NCBI GenBank assembly: GCA_012798695.1
Contig: JAAZMR010000046.1
Coordinates: 2,316-66,315 of the forward strand
Source: Bacillota bacterium
Lineage (GTDB): Bacteria > Bacillota > Limnochordia > DTU087
Direction: 5' to 3'
Length of the DNA stretch: 64,000 nt
Part shown: positions 47,930 through 56,830 of the stretch, one piece after another
Numbering within the stretch: position 1 is the first letter of the stretch
Layout of the letters: every line of letters starts with the position of its first letter
Translations under genes and position numbers: made by a program
Notes under the pieces: model-generated
What the model saw: only the letters and a program-made list of their open reading frames with translations
Database searches by the model: none
What the model was told of the DNA's origin: nothing

Positions 47930-48643
47930 CTACTCCCCCTCCAGCACCCTGCCATCAGCCATTTCATAGACTTTATCACCAAACTCTTCTACGGCAGGAT
48001 TATGGCTAACTACACAGATTGTGACACCATGTTCGTCAACCAAACTCCTAAACAGCTCCATAACCTTCATACTCGTAGCAAAATCCAGCTCCCCAGTGGG
48101 TTCGTCGGCCAGAATCAGGCTGGGGCTGATAGTCAAAGCCCGCGCAATAGCAACCCGCTGCTGCTCTCCGCCACTTAGCTCCAGGATTCTGTGCTGCGCC
48201 CGCGGACCTAATCCCACCAATTCCAGACACTCCTCTGTGCGCGCCCGCCGCTCCCCTAAGGACCGTCCCACGATTTTCAGTGGTAGTTCCACATTTTCAT
48301 AAGCTGTGAGATAAGGCAGGAGGCCAAAAGACTGAAAGACAAAACCCACCTCTTTCCGGCGCCAGCGGGTCAGCATCCTTTCATTAAAGGTGCTAATATC
48401 CTCTCCCTTAAAGAGTACCTGCCCACGAGTTGGTTGATCCAAGCCTCCCATCATGTTCAAAGCTGTTGTCTTACCTGAACCCGAACGGCCTTTGATCACT
48501 ACCAATTGACCGGGAAAAATGGACATATCTACACCATCTAAGGCACGTACTTCCGTGTTTCCGGTCTTGAAAACTCGATGGACATCCCGCAGAGCTACCA
48601 GAGGCCGGGTAATGTCACTGGTCTGCTTTACCGCTATAGACAT
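47930..48643 (-). CDS. ABC ATP-binding protein (LolD/MacB type)
   Basis: GRSGSGKT, GFVFQSF, LSGGEQQR, ILADEPTGELD. Confidence 0.93.
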   Translation of the reverse strand: MSIAVKQTSDITRPLVALRDVHRVFKTGNTEVRALDGVDMSIFPGQLVVIKGRSGSGKTTALNMMGGLDQPTRGQVLFKGEDISTFNERMLTRWRRKEVGFVFQSFGLLPYLTAYENVELPLKIVGRSLGERRARTEECLELVGLGPRAQHRILELSGGEQQRVAIARALTISPSLILADEPTGELDFATSMKVMELFRSLVDEHGVTICVVSHNPAVEEFGDKVYEMADGRVLEGE

Positions 48644-48868
48644 AGAAGTTGGCGCTATAGGCCCGCAGCTGGCGGCTGACTAGCGCCATCGCTCCTTTCC
48701 AATCAGACTTGCAGTATCGCTCTGATTGCTGACTGTTTTTATGTATCTTCATATAGCTCACATCTTTGTGTAATATCTTCGCTGTACTGCTGCGACTTCC
48801 TCCCTTCCATAATGCTCCGGTTTTCCACAATTACACAAACCGGAAGCTTGTTTGCTCATGCCTCTTTG

Positions 48869-50242
48869 CTACATGAGGCGAATTAGATGAGTACCACAAC
48901 TCAAGCAAGGATCAAAAGCCCGAACTATGCGGCCGACCTCTACTGGGTTGTCGAGATCCTGAATGAACGTACCAATCAAAGCAGTTTCTGCCGGCCCATG
49001 GCATTGATAGCGATTTATGGGTGAGAAATTCCACATGGTGGGTGTAATGATCCCATACCGCCTAATCAGCCTTTCTTCCACCAAGGCCTGATGCAGCAAT
49101 GCCCCTCGGGGAGCATCAGTCATCCCCACCGCCTCATTTTGCACTGGCATTTCATTGTATTGAAGCACTGGTGCAGAGGGAGTCAACAACCCTAACCAGC
49201 CTAGGACCAAATCAATGATCTCGTTTACTTCCAGGGACCGGGCAATGATCCGATCCATGGTGGAGGGCTCTCCATCATAGTTCTTGTTGATGGCCAGACG
49301 AGCCAAGGGGCCTACTTCATAAGGAAGTCTTCCGTAGTGAACTGCTTTGATAAAGGTATAGGCACCCTCCTTATAAGGATTGGGCTCGATTAAGTCGGTC
49401 GGCGATAGTTCCCGGGATGTATCTTCATACCAGCTGGATGTGACATCTTCCTTAATCAGCTCTTGTATGATTCCGGGTATAAACCGATCGTCTTGGACGG
49501 TCCCTGCTTTCCATACCCGATCCTCCCCCTCACCAATGGGGAACAAACCAAAGGAAAGAAAACGGCGAGGGCTTATCCCCATCGCGTAATAATCAGGATA
49601 GTGCTTAGCTAGTAATTCGGTATCTGGTAATAGACAATCGGTAATAAAGCTCTCTATCCCCTGGGCTAAACCTCTGGCATGGAGAATCTTATCCGCGGTA
49701 GGGGTAACAGCCACTCCACCATGAACCATTCCGTGCTGGTGAGGTGCCTTGCCTCCAAAGATGGTTTGGGCTTCATGGGCACGAGCTGCTATCCCGAAAG
49801 ATGTCATGTAGTTATCGACTAACCTCTGATTCATCCTAGGGCCAAGACGGCGATCGACCACAGGCCCTTGATATGGCAGACCCGGAGGCAGCTCTATATA
49901 GTCTGGCAGGCTAAAGGCATAAAAATGGCGGATATGGTTTTGCACAAACTCCAGCCCGAGCATGATGTTCCGCAACAGCCGGCCCTGAATGGGAATATCA
50001 TTACCAAAGATAGTATCCAAAGCATAGTTGCTGGCAGTACCGTGGGCAAAGGAGCAAATACCGCAGATCCGCTCAGTAAAATAGGGGGCATCTCTAATAT
50101 CTCGATCTACCAGCATCTGCTCGAATCCACGGTATTGATTGCCTTTCACCCGGGCATCTACAACGGTCTGGCCATCCACGAAGATATCAATGGACAGCAA
50201 GCCTGATAGGCGAGTGACTGGGCTGAACTTGATCTGCTTCAC
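48869..50242 (-). CDS. [NiFe]-hydrogenase large subunit (group-1-like, clostridial type)
   Basis: RGFE, ERICGICSFAH (L1), GGKAPH, APRGALLH, PTMWN, DPCLSCGTH (L2) plus a 5-aa tail. Confidence 0.93.
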   Translation of the reverse strand: MKQIKFSPVTRLSGLLSIDIFVDGQTVVDARVKGNQYRGFEQMLVDRDIRDAPYFTERICGICSFAHGTASNYALDTIFGNDIPIQGRLLRNIMLGLEFVQNHIRHFYAFSLPDYIELPPGLPYQGPVVDRRLGPRMNQRLVDNYMTSFGIAARAHEAQTIFGGKAPHQHGMVHGGVAVTPTADKILHARGLAQGIESFITDCLLPDTELLAKHYPDYYAMGISPRRFLSFGLFPIGEGEDRVWKAGTVQDDRFIPGIIQELIKEDVTSSWYEDTSRELSPTDLIEPNPYKEGAYTFIKAVHYGRLPYEVGPLARLAINKNYDGEPSTMDRIIARSLEVNEIIDLVLGWLGLLTPSAPVLQYNEMPVQNEAVGMTDAPRGALLHQALVEERLIRRYGIITPTMWNFSPINRYQCHGPAETALIGTFIQDLDNPVEVGRIVRAFDPCLSCGTHLIRLM

Positions 50243-50248
50243 CAGCTA

Positions 50249-51328
50249 TCACCCTTTCTGATCATTCATCATAGGTGGTGGTCCATTTGATGGGGCTTGC
50301 TCCACCTGGGAGGCTTTCTCTCCATCATTAGCACTCTGGGGTAAGGTAGGTTCTCCAGGCAGCGGTACTGGCGGCCCCGGTCTCTGCTTCTCCGGAAGGG
50401 GAACAAAAAACGGCATCGAGCTATCGGGAAACCCCACTGTAGTGCAACCAATACATGGAGTGTTGGCGCGAACAGGCCAGTTGACATAACCATTCCACTG
50501 CCGATAGGGACAATCTGACGGAGTTCGAGGGCCTACACAGCCAAGCTGAAACATACATTCTATGTCTCCCAGTTGATCGGCAAACTCATCTCGGTCAAAA
50601 TAGGAGCGGCGTTGGCAATGGCGGTGCACGGTATACTGATAGAACAACAGGGGACGCCCATCTTCATCTACCTCAGGTTCACCATAAAACAGTAGATGAA
50701 ACAAGGTTCCCATGATCCAGTCAGGGTTATTGGGACAGCCACTGACATTGATTACAGGCCTCTGCACAACATCTCTCACACCTACACTACCGGAAGGATT
50801 GGGGTAAGCTGCTGAGGGTCCACCAAAGGAGGCACAAGTTCCAGCAGCAATGACATAGCCAGCCTTGCTGCCGATGGAAGTAATGATATCCCGAGCAGTT
50901 AAGCGCTCTCCATTCAGTTCTGCCACTATGGCATAAAGGCCCTCATCCCGCAAGGGAATTGCGCCTTCCACAAATAGGTAGAACTGGCCTGCATGCGTGG
51001 CAGCAGTCTCCAGCAAGGCTTCTAGAGCCTGGTGCCCTTCGGCCGCGACCAAGGCATTATCAAAGCGCACATCTATATACCGATAAAGCACCTCTCCTAG
51101 ATTGGGGTCTTGGCTATTCATAAAAGCAATCTTGTCTCCCGAACAAGCATTACATTCCAGCCAAATTACCGGCGGCTTCCAGGGTGGGGCCGGAGCCCCG
51201 TTCTTTAGCCATTCTCGATAGTGAGAGTAAATCTCCATTAGGTAATCATGATCCTTGGCAGGCAAAACACTCCCCCCTCTTGTCTCCACTCGGAGTTCGC
51301 CTCTATCAAAAAAGAGGCCCCTGCCCAA
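50249..51328 (-). CDS. [NiFe]-hydrogenase small subunit, no Tat signal
   Basis: WLECNACSGD, VEGAIP, GTCASFGG, SGCP, HRHC, C..QLGC.GP...DC, WP....PCIGC. Start may be TTG 51265. Confidence 0.92.
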   Translation of the reverse strand: MGRGLFFDRGELRVETRGGSVLPAKDHDYLMEIYSHYREWLKNGAPAPPWKPPVIWLECNACSGDKIAFMNSQDPNLGEVLYRYIDVRFDNALVAAEGHQALEALLETAATHAGQFYLFVEGAIPLRDEGLYAIVAELNGERLTARDIITSIGSKAGYVIAAGTCASFGGPSAAYPNPSGSVGVRDVVQRPVINVSGCPNNPDWIMGTLFHLLFYGEPEVDEDGRPLLFYQYTVHRHCQRRSYFDRDEFADQLGDIECMFQLGCVGPRTPSDCPYRQWNGYVNWPVRANTPCIGCTTVGFPDSSMPFFVPLPEKQRPGPPVPLPGEPTLPQSANDGEKASQVEQAPSNGPPPMMNDQKG

Positions 51329-51493
51329 CTATATGCATAGTTGAGGTATGTTAGGCATCTTGGTTCAAACTAGTAATAAGATACGCCCCACCCGAATAAT
51401 CTGAAGGCAGATGCTGTGGACAGGGTGAGCCCAGCAGGAAAAAGACTCAACCCATGATGCCCCCCTAGAGGGAAGACGAGGTGAAGCTTCGCA

Positions 51494-52033
51494 ATGTCTG
51501 ACCTAACTGATACCAGAGAATTTGGTCAGCCCTTAATCCTCGCCCTTGGTCACCCTCTGTGCCGAGATGATGGAGTAGGCCTACATATTTTGAGAGAATT
51601 AGAGCAAGTGTGCAGCCCATTTACCGATTGCCTGGCCGGTGGCCAAGAGCTGCTGTGCCGGCTGAAACACCTTACGTACCGCCCCGTACTCATCATACTA
51701 GATGCAATCGATGGGGGTTACCCTCCCGGGACGGCAATCCGCCTAGTCATATCCGGAGATGATCTCCTAGAAACCCTCTCTCTAGACACAGCCCACTCTC
51801 ATGGCAGCAACCTGGGCTTGGCGTTGGCTTTGATCAGGCAAAGCGGAGTGCGGTTGCCCACTGTTGTCATCTATGGGGTGCAGCCTGCCAATATGGCGCT
51901 TGGTGATCAGTTAACCCCAGATATAGCCCAGGCGGCCGGCTTTTTGGCTAGACAGTTAATGATTGATAGGCCTTGGAATAATGTAACGTGTTTATCTAGT
52001 GCTGTTTGGCTGAATCGGGATCAGATAACCTAG
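51494..52033 (+). CDS. Hydrogenase maturation protease (HyaD/HycI family)
   Basis: ILALGHPL.RDDGVG, IILDAI, PGT, SH, GVQP. Confidence 0.88.
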   Translation: MSDLTDTREFGQPLILALGHPLCRDDGVGLHILRELEQVCSPFTDCLAGGQELLCRLKHLTYRPVLIILDAIDGGYPPGTAIRLVISGDDLLETLSLDTAHSHGSNLGLALALIRQSGVRLPTVVIYGVQPANMALGDQLTPDIAQAAGFLARQLMIDRPWNNVTCLSSAVWLNRDQIT

Positions 52034-52053
52034 GAAAGGATAGGGTAAGCAAA

Positions 52054-52392
52054 ATGCACGGTTTAGCTTGGATGGAGGAAACCTTAGGGGAAATTACAAC
52101 GGTTGCTGAGCATTGCGGTCTCAGGACCATCACCAAGGTGACGCTGTGTCGGGGCCAACTTTCCCACCATTTCCCAGAAGAGCTGGAACTCGCCTGGGAT
52201 CTAGTTAAGCAAGGTACTATCTGCGAACAGGCTGTCCTGGTGATCGAAGAAGAACCGGCTCTAGTGTCCTGCAGTGCTTGTGGATGGGAGGGCCAATGGC
52301 ATAGTGAGCTGGCGTGCTGCCAAGCTTGTGCAAGTAGAGTTGAGCTAGTGTCCGGGACCGATCTTCAGCTAGTGGATATCCAAGGGATATGA
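52054..52392 (+). CDS. hypA: Hydrogenase nickel chaperone HypA (degenerate MHG N-terminus)
   Basis: MH start, GQLS, CSAC and CQAC zinc pairs, SG.DL.L. Confidence 0.85.
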   Translation: MHGLAWMEETLGEITTVAEHCGLRTITKVTLCRGQLSHHFPEELELAWDLVKQGTICEQAVLVIEEEPALVSCSACGWEGQWHSELACCQACASRVELVSGTDLQLVDIQGI

Positions 52393-54344
52393 GTAAATTC
52401 CGGGGCATAGAAGCACCAAATACAGCCCACATGATTCTGCAGGCTCAGGGTATCATCGCGGTCAAGGGGTTAGGTGGGTATCACTTGGTTTGCGATGCAC
52501 GCAGCATCAAGGCCCTTACCCGGCTGCGTAAAATCAAGAAGCGCCCATATAAACCCTTTGCCGTTATGTTTCGTGATTTGAAGGTTTTGCAGAGTGAATT
52601 ACACACTCCCGCTGCAGCAGTCAAGCTTCTCACTTCCTGGATCAGACCCATTGTCATACTAGCAAGGCAGGAGACATCGACTTTGCCCGATTTACTAGCC
52701 CCCGATCTGGATACCATCGGTGCTATGCTGCCCTATATGGCCTTATACCTCTTGTTATTTGATGAGTCCCTCGACGTATTGGTTGTCACCAGTGCTAACC
52801 GATCCGGTGAACCCATCATTTTTCAAGATGATGTGGCCAAAAGACAGCTGGCCGCAATAGTTGATGGTATTCTGATCCATGATCACAAGATCACCAACCC
52901 CCTGGATGATTCTGTCCTCTATTGTGTAGATATCGCAAAGATCGATCAGCCCAAAACGCCCCCACAAGGGCTCAGGAGCTCAACTCACGTATCTTCTGTA
53001 CAGCCTCAGATGGGGGAGCTGGAAAGCAAGGAGCAGGCAGGCAGCCAGCCTTTGGAGATACCCACTTTTGTTATCCTCAGGCGAGGCCGCGGTTACATGC
53101 CTTCACCTTTGCCCTTAAGTGAGCCTCTCAGCGAAACAATCCTGGGGTGTGGCAGTGATCTCAAGGCCTGTTTCTGCCTCGGCCAAGGGCCATTGGCATA
53201 TCCCGGCCCCCACCTGGGCAACCTGGAGCACCCGGAAACTCTAGACCGCTATCGCTTCATGCTCAGGTATTACCAAGAGACATTTGACCTGGAACCTGTG
53301 GTTGTTGCCCATGATCTGAACCCAGCGTTGGTGAGCAGCCAAATTGTCGCCAGTGAGGATTTTGCCGATCTCACGCCCATACCTATCCAGCACCAGCATG
53401 CCCATATAGCTGCCTGCATGGAGGAAAATAAATTCAGCCAGCCGGTCATTGGCATCGCCTATGATGGTACTGGCTATGGTTGGGATGGAAGGGTGTGGGG
53501 AGGCGAGATTTTGCTCGCCTCCCCCGCCGATTTCCGACGTTTGGCCCATTGGCAAAATGTCCCATTACCGGGTAATGATATAGCCATTTACCAGCCATGG
53601 CGAATGGCTTTGAGTTATCTGCAAAGTGCTGGCTTAGAAGAGTCTTCCCACCTTCTTCTGGAGAACCTGCCTGGACACATTAGGCCAGCTGCTGCCCAGA
53701 TCTTGAGCCTATGGGGTAGCGTTCAGGCTAGCTGGCTGCAAACTTCCAGTATGGGGCGGCTGTTTGATGGCATCACAGCTCTCTTGGGCCTATGCCTGGA
53801 AACTACTTATACAGGGCAACCGGCCATACTTCTGGAAAATGCGGCCTGGCGTGGTATCAAGAGACTAGGGCTAGATAGTATACAACCCTATGTCATGGAA
53901 GAACTAATCAATAGCTCCAGCAGCTCGATCCGTGACCATCTGCCCAAACCTATTCCCCTGACTGCATTGATTCGGTGTGTAGCACAAGATAGGGCGCGTA
54001 ATATTGATACAACCGAGATCGCCGCCCGTTTTCATCGGTCGATTGCTGAAGTGACAGCAGTACAAGCCCACGACTTCTGCCGGCAATTCAATATAGGCAC
54101 TGTGGCCCTCAGTGGGGGTGTCTGGCAAAACCAATTGCTCTGTCACTGGACAGCAATGCTCCTTGAACAGATGGGGCTGGAAGTCATCCGACACAAACAA
54201 CTCTCCCCCGGTGATGAATGCTTAGGGTTTGGCCAAATCGTAATCGCCGGGGCAAGACTAAAAGCTGAGGCTTTGGCCAAACGCTCTTCATCAATAGAGA
54301 AGGAGGTAAACCATCCATGTGCCTGGCCGTACCGGCAAGAATAG
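52389..54344 (+). CDS. hypF: Carbamoyltransferase HypF, N-terminally truncated (YrdC-like + Kae1-like domains only)
   Basis: AVKGLGGYHLVCDA, KPFAVM, TSAN.SGEP, DDS, RRGRGY, QHQHAH, DGTGYG.DG..WGGE, SSMGRLFD, LSGGVWQN. Confidence 0.9.
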   Translation: MSKFRGIEAPNTAHMILQAQGIIAVKGLGGYHLVCDARSIKALTRLRKIKKRPYKPFAVMFRDLKVLQSELHTPAAAVKLLTSWIRPIVILARQETSTLPDLLAPDLDTIGAMLPYMALYLLLFDESLDVLVVTSANRSGEPIIFQDDVAKRQLAAIVDGILIHDHKITNPLDDSVLYCVDIAKIDQPKTPPQGLRSSTHVSSVQPQMGELESKEQAGSQPLEIPTFVILRRGRGYMPSPLPLSEPLSETILGCGSDLKACFCLGQGPLAYPGPHLGNLEHPETLDRYRFMLRYYQETFDLEPVVVAHDLNPALVSSQIVASEDFADLTPIPIQHQHAHIAACMEENKFSQPVIGIAYDGTGYGWDGRVWGGEILLASPADFRRLAHWQNVPLPGNDIAIYQPWRMALSYLQSAGLEESSHLLLENLPGHIRPAAAQILSLWGSVQASWLQTSSMGRLFDGITALLGLCLETTYTGQPAILLENAAWRGIKRLGLDSIQPYVMEELINSSSSSIRDHLPKPIPLTALIRCVAQDRARNIDTTEIAARFHRSIAEVTAVQAHDFCRQFNIGTVALSGGVWQNQLLCHWTAMLLEQMGLEVIRHKQLSPGDECLGFGQIVIAGARLKAEALAKRSSSIEKEVNHPCAWPYRQE

Positions 54345-54565
54345 AGAGTATCGAAGGCACGAGCGCATTGGTGATGGCGCTTGGTTGCCGGGAAAAAATC
54401 GATATTCGGTTTGTTCCCACTATAGAGGTAGGCGATTTCGTCCTCGTACATGTGGGATTCGCACTGGAGAAGGTAAGGCCAAAGGAGGCAGCCTTCCTCT
54501 TGGATGCCTGGAACAGCCTGCTAGCCAATGAGGGGATCAGCTATGAACTACCTGACACCCTTTAG
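54317..54565 (+). CDS. hypC: Hydrogenase maturation chaperone HypC
   Basis: MCLAVP...VGDFVLVHVGFA. Confidence 0.95.
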   Translation: MCLAVPARIESIEGTSALVMALGCREKIDIRFVPTIEVGDFVLVHVGFALEKVRPKEAAFLLDAWNSLLANEGISYELPDTL

Positions 54566-55664
54566 CTATTACCGCACTCCCCAATTTGTCCACCAGTTAG
54601 CAGATGCGATCAATCATGCCTGCCAGACTCAGGTGAAAATCATGCAGGTTTGTGGTACTCATACCTGGAACTATCGCCGGCATGGGCTGGCTGCGCTGCT
54701 TACCCCCAATCTTACTCTTGTACCAGGTCCCGGCTGCCCGGTATGTGTTACTGATCAGAGAGATATCGACTGGGTGATTGAGTTAGCCGGGGAAAAGCAG
54801 AACACGCTGGTCACCTTTGGGGATCTGATGCGCGTTCCGGGGAGTACCACATCCTTAGCAGAGACACGCAGCCACGGTGCAGATATCCGGATAGTACTTT
54901 CACCCCTAGAAGCTTTAGATATTGCACTGGCTGAGCCTTCCCGCCGCATCATCCTCCTGGCAATCGGCTTTGAGACAACAGCCCCGGCAGTGGCAGCTGC
55001 ATTACAGAGTGCCTCGCACTTGGGCTTGGCCAACTTCAGTGTTGCTGTGCTGCTGAAGAGGCTGATCCCCGCCCTTAGGTACCTTTTCGCGGGGGAGAAA
55101 CCAGATGGGCTTCTCTGTCCCGGCCATGTAGCGGCTGTGATGGGGCAACAGGAGTTTGCCTTTCTTGCTCAAGAGTTCCGGCTTCCCTCGGCCATCAGCG
55201 GTTTTGAACCAGGAGACATGCTGCTGGCTCTCCTGGATTTGACCCACCAATCCCAAGCAGGACATGCCAGACTCACCAATGCCTACCCAAGGCTAGTGAG
55301 CAAGCACGGCAATCTTGCCGCCAGATCCATAATCACAGCCACCTTCAAACCGGCTCTTTCCCGGTGGCGCGGCCTGGGCAACCTACCTGCTACCGGTTAT
55401 GAATTGGTCGATACGCTTCAGAGGTTTGCTCTCTACCCGCCAGTATCTACTACGCCTCATTCGACCGGCAGCTCTTGCCTCTGTGACCTGGTCATTTTGG
55501 GGAAGCGTACTCCTGGAGCTTGCCCCAACTTTGGCAAAGGCTGCACCCCTGATACCCCCCTAGGTCCATGTATGGTATCACAGGAAGGCACCTGCGCCGC
55601 TCATTACTATTATCCAGAAACGGCGTCTCCCTTGAATCACCAGATCAAGAAATGGGGTGACTGA
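54543..55664 (+). CDS. hypD: Hydrogenase maturation protein HypD
   Basis: VCGTH, GPGCPVC, FGDLMRVPG, GFETT, PGHV, GPCMVSQEGTCAA. Confidence 0.95.
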   Translation: MNYLTPFSYYRTPQFVHQLADAINHACQTQVKIMQVCGTHTWNYRRHGLAALLTPNLTLVPGPGCPVCVTDQRDIDWVIELAGEKQNTLVTFGDLMRVPGSTTSLAETRSHGADIRIVLSPLEALDIALAEPSRRIILLAIGFETTAPAVAAALQSASHLGLANFSVAVLLKRLIPALRYLFAGEKPDGLLCPGHVAAVMGQQEFAFLAQEFRLPSAISGFEPGDMLLALLDLTHQSQAGHARLTNAYPRLVSKHGNLAARSIITATFKPALSRWRGLGNLPATGYELVDTLQRFALYPPVSTTPHSTGSSCLCDLVILGKRTPGACPNFGKGCTPDTPLGPCMVSQEGTCAAHYYYPETASPLNHQIKKWGD

Positions 55665-55710
55665 CTGCAGCCTAATATTTCACTGAAACGGTAGAGCTGC
55701 AGCACATAAA

Positions 55711-56724
55711 ATGCATATTGAGTTCATTCAAATGGCCCATGGGGCCGGCGGTAGTGCCACCATGAAACTGCTGGAACATGTCTTTTTTCCCAATTTCCGT
55801 CGACTGGGCCTCCAGCCGGAAAATGATGCCGCCCTACTCACGCTGGGCAATGGTGAGACCCTAGCCTTTACCATTGACGGTTTTGTGGTCGATCCGCCTT
55901 TTTTCCCCGGCGGCGATCTAGGGAACCTAGCGGTGCATGGCACCATCAATGATCTGGCAGTCATGGGAGCCAAACCCCTTTGGCTGGCCTGTAGTTTCAT
56001 CATCTCAGTAGGTACTACCGGTACCGTTCTCAACCGGATCGCCATATCCATGCAAGAAGCGGCGACCGCCTCCAATATCCAGCTGGTGGCCGGTGATACT
56101 AAAGTCGTGGAAGCCCGGAGCCAGACCCCTCAGATCCTGATCACCACTTCCGGTATTGGCATCCTGCAGACTGAGAAACCCTGGCATACACCGAGGTTGC
56201 GCCCTGGTGATCAGCTGATTGTATCTGGTACCATTGGAGAACATACTCTCGCCGTCCTCGGAGCCCGCCATGGTTGGTTCCAACATGATCCGATCATTAG
56301 TGACTGTGCCAGCCTTTATCCCATGCTGGAGCCTTTTCACCCGATTGCAGGCATACACTGGGTACGGGATATCACCCGGGGAGGCCTCGGAGGGATCTGC
56401 CATGAACTCGCCCGGGCCACGGGATATATGGTAGAGCTCTGGGAAAAGGATATTCCTATAGATCCCCGAGTCAGAGGTTGGTGCGAAATCCTAGGCTATG
56501 ATCCTCTATATTTGGCTAACGAAGGGAAGGCATTACTAGCTGTTGACCCAGAGACAGCACCTCAAGTGTTAAGTGATCTAAGGAGGCTCCCCCTAGGGAA
56601 GTGTGCCTCACTAGTCGGGCAGATTAGCTCTGAGCGACAACCATGGGTAGTACTGAATACTTCGGTGGGAGGGCGCCGGCTCGTGCCTGCACCAGCCGGA
56701 GAGCTATTTCCCCGCATATGTTAG
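55711..56724 (+). CDS. hypE: Hydrogenase maturation protein HypE
   Basis: MAHGAGG, FFPGGDLG, GTINDL, GDTKVV, DITRGG, ANEG, C-terminal PRIC. Confidence 0.96.
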   Translation: MHIEFIQMAHGAGGSATMKLLEHVFFPNFRRLGLQPENDAALLTLGNGETLAFTIDGFVVDPPFFPGGDLGNLAVHGTINDLAVMGAKPLWLACSFIISVGTTGTVLNRIAISMQEAATASNIQLVAGDTKVVEARSQTPQILITTSGIGILQTEKPWHTPRLRPGDQLIVSGTIGEHTLAVLGARHGWFQHDPIISDCASLYPMLEPFHPIAGIHWVRDITRGGLGGICHELARATGYMVELWEKDIPIDPRVRGWCEILGYDPLYLANEGKALLAVDPETAPQVLSDLRRLPLGKCASLVGQISSERQPWVVLNTSVGGRRLVPAPAGELFPRIC

Positions 56725-56793
56725 AGCTGTAAGCTGTACGTGGGCCAAGTGGCGGATACTACTGGGCATACTTGACCCCAAAGGCAGTAAGAA

Positions 56794-56823
56794 TGCCGGG
56801 CCTGCAGTAGACCCGGCACTTTC
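56794..56823. terminator. Hairpin between convergent hypE and folT
   Basis: TGCCGGG...CCCGGCA stem followed by CTTTC. Confidence 0.55.
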
Positions 56824-56830
56824 GATCATT

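Noticed and set aside
48869..48913. Selenocysteine ([NiFeSe]) hydrogenase
   Set aside because: The L2 motif reads GAT CCT TGC TTG AGT TGT (DPCLSC); there is no in-frame TGA.
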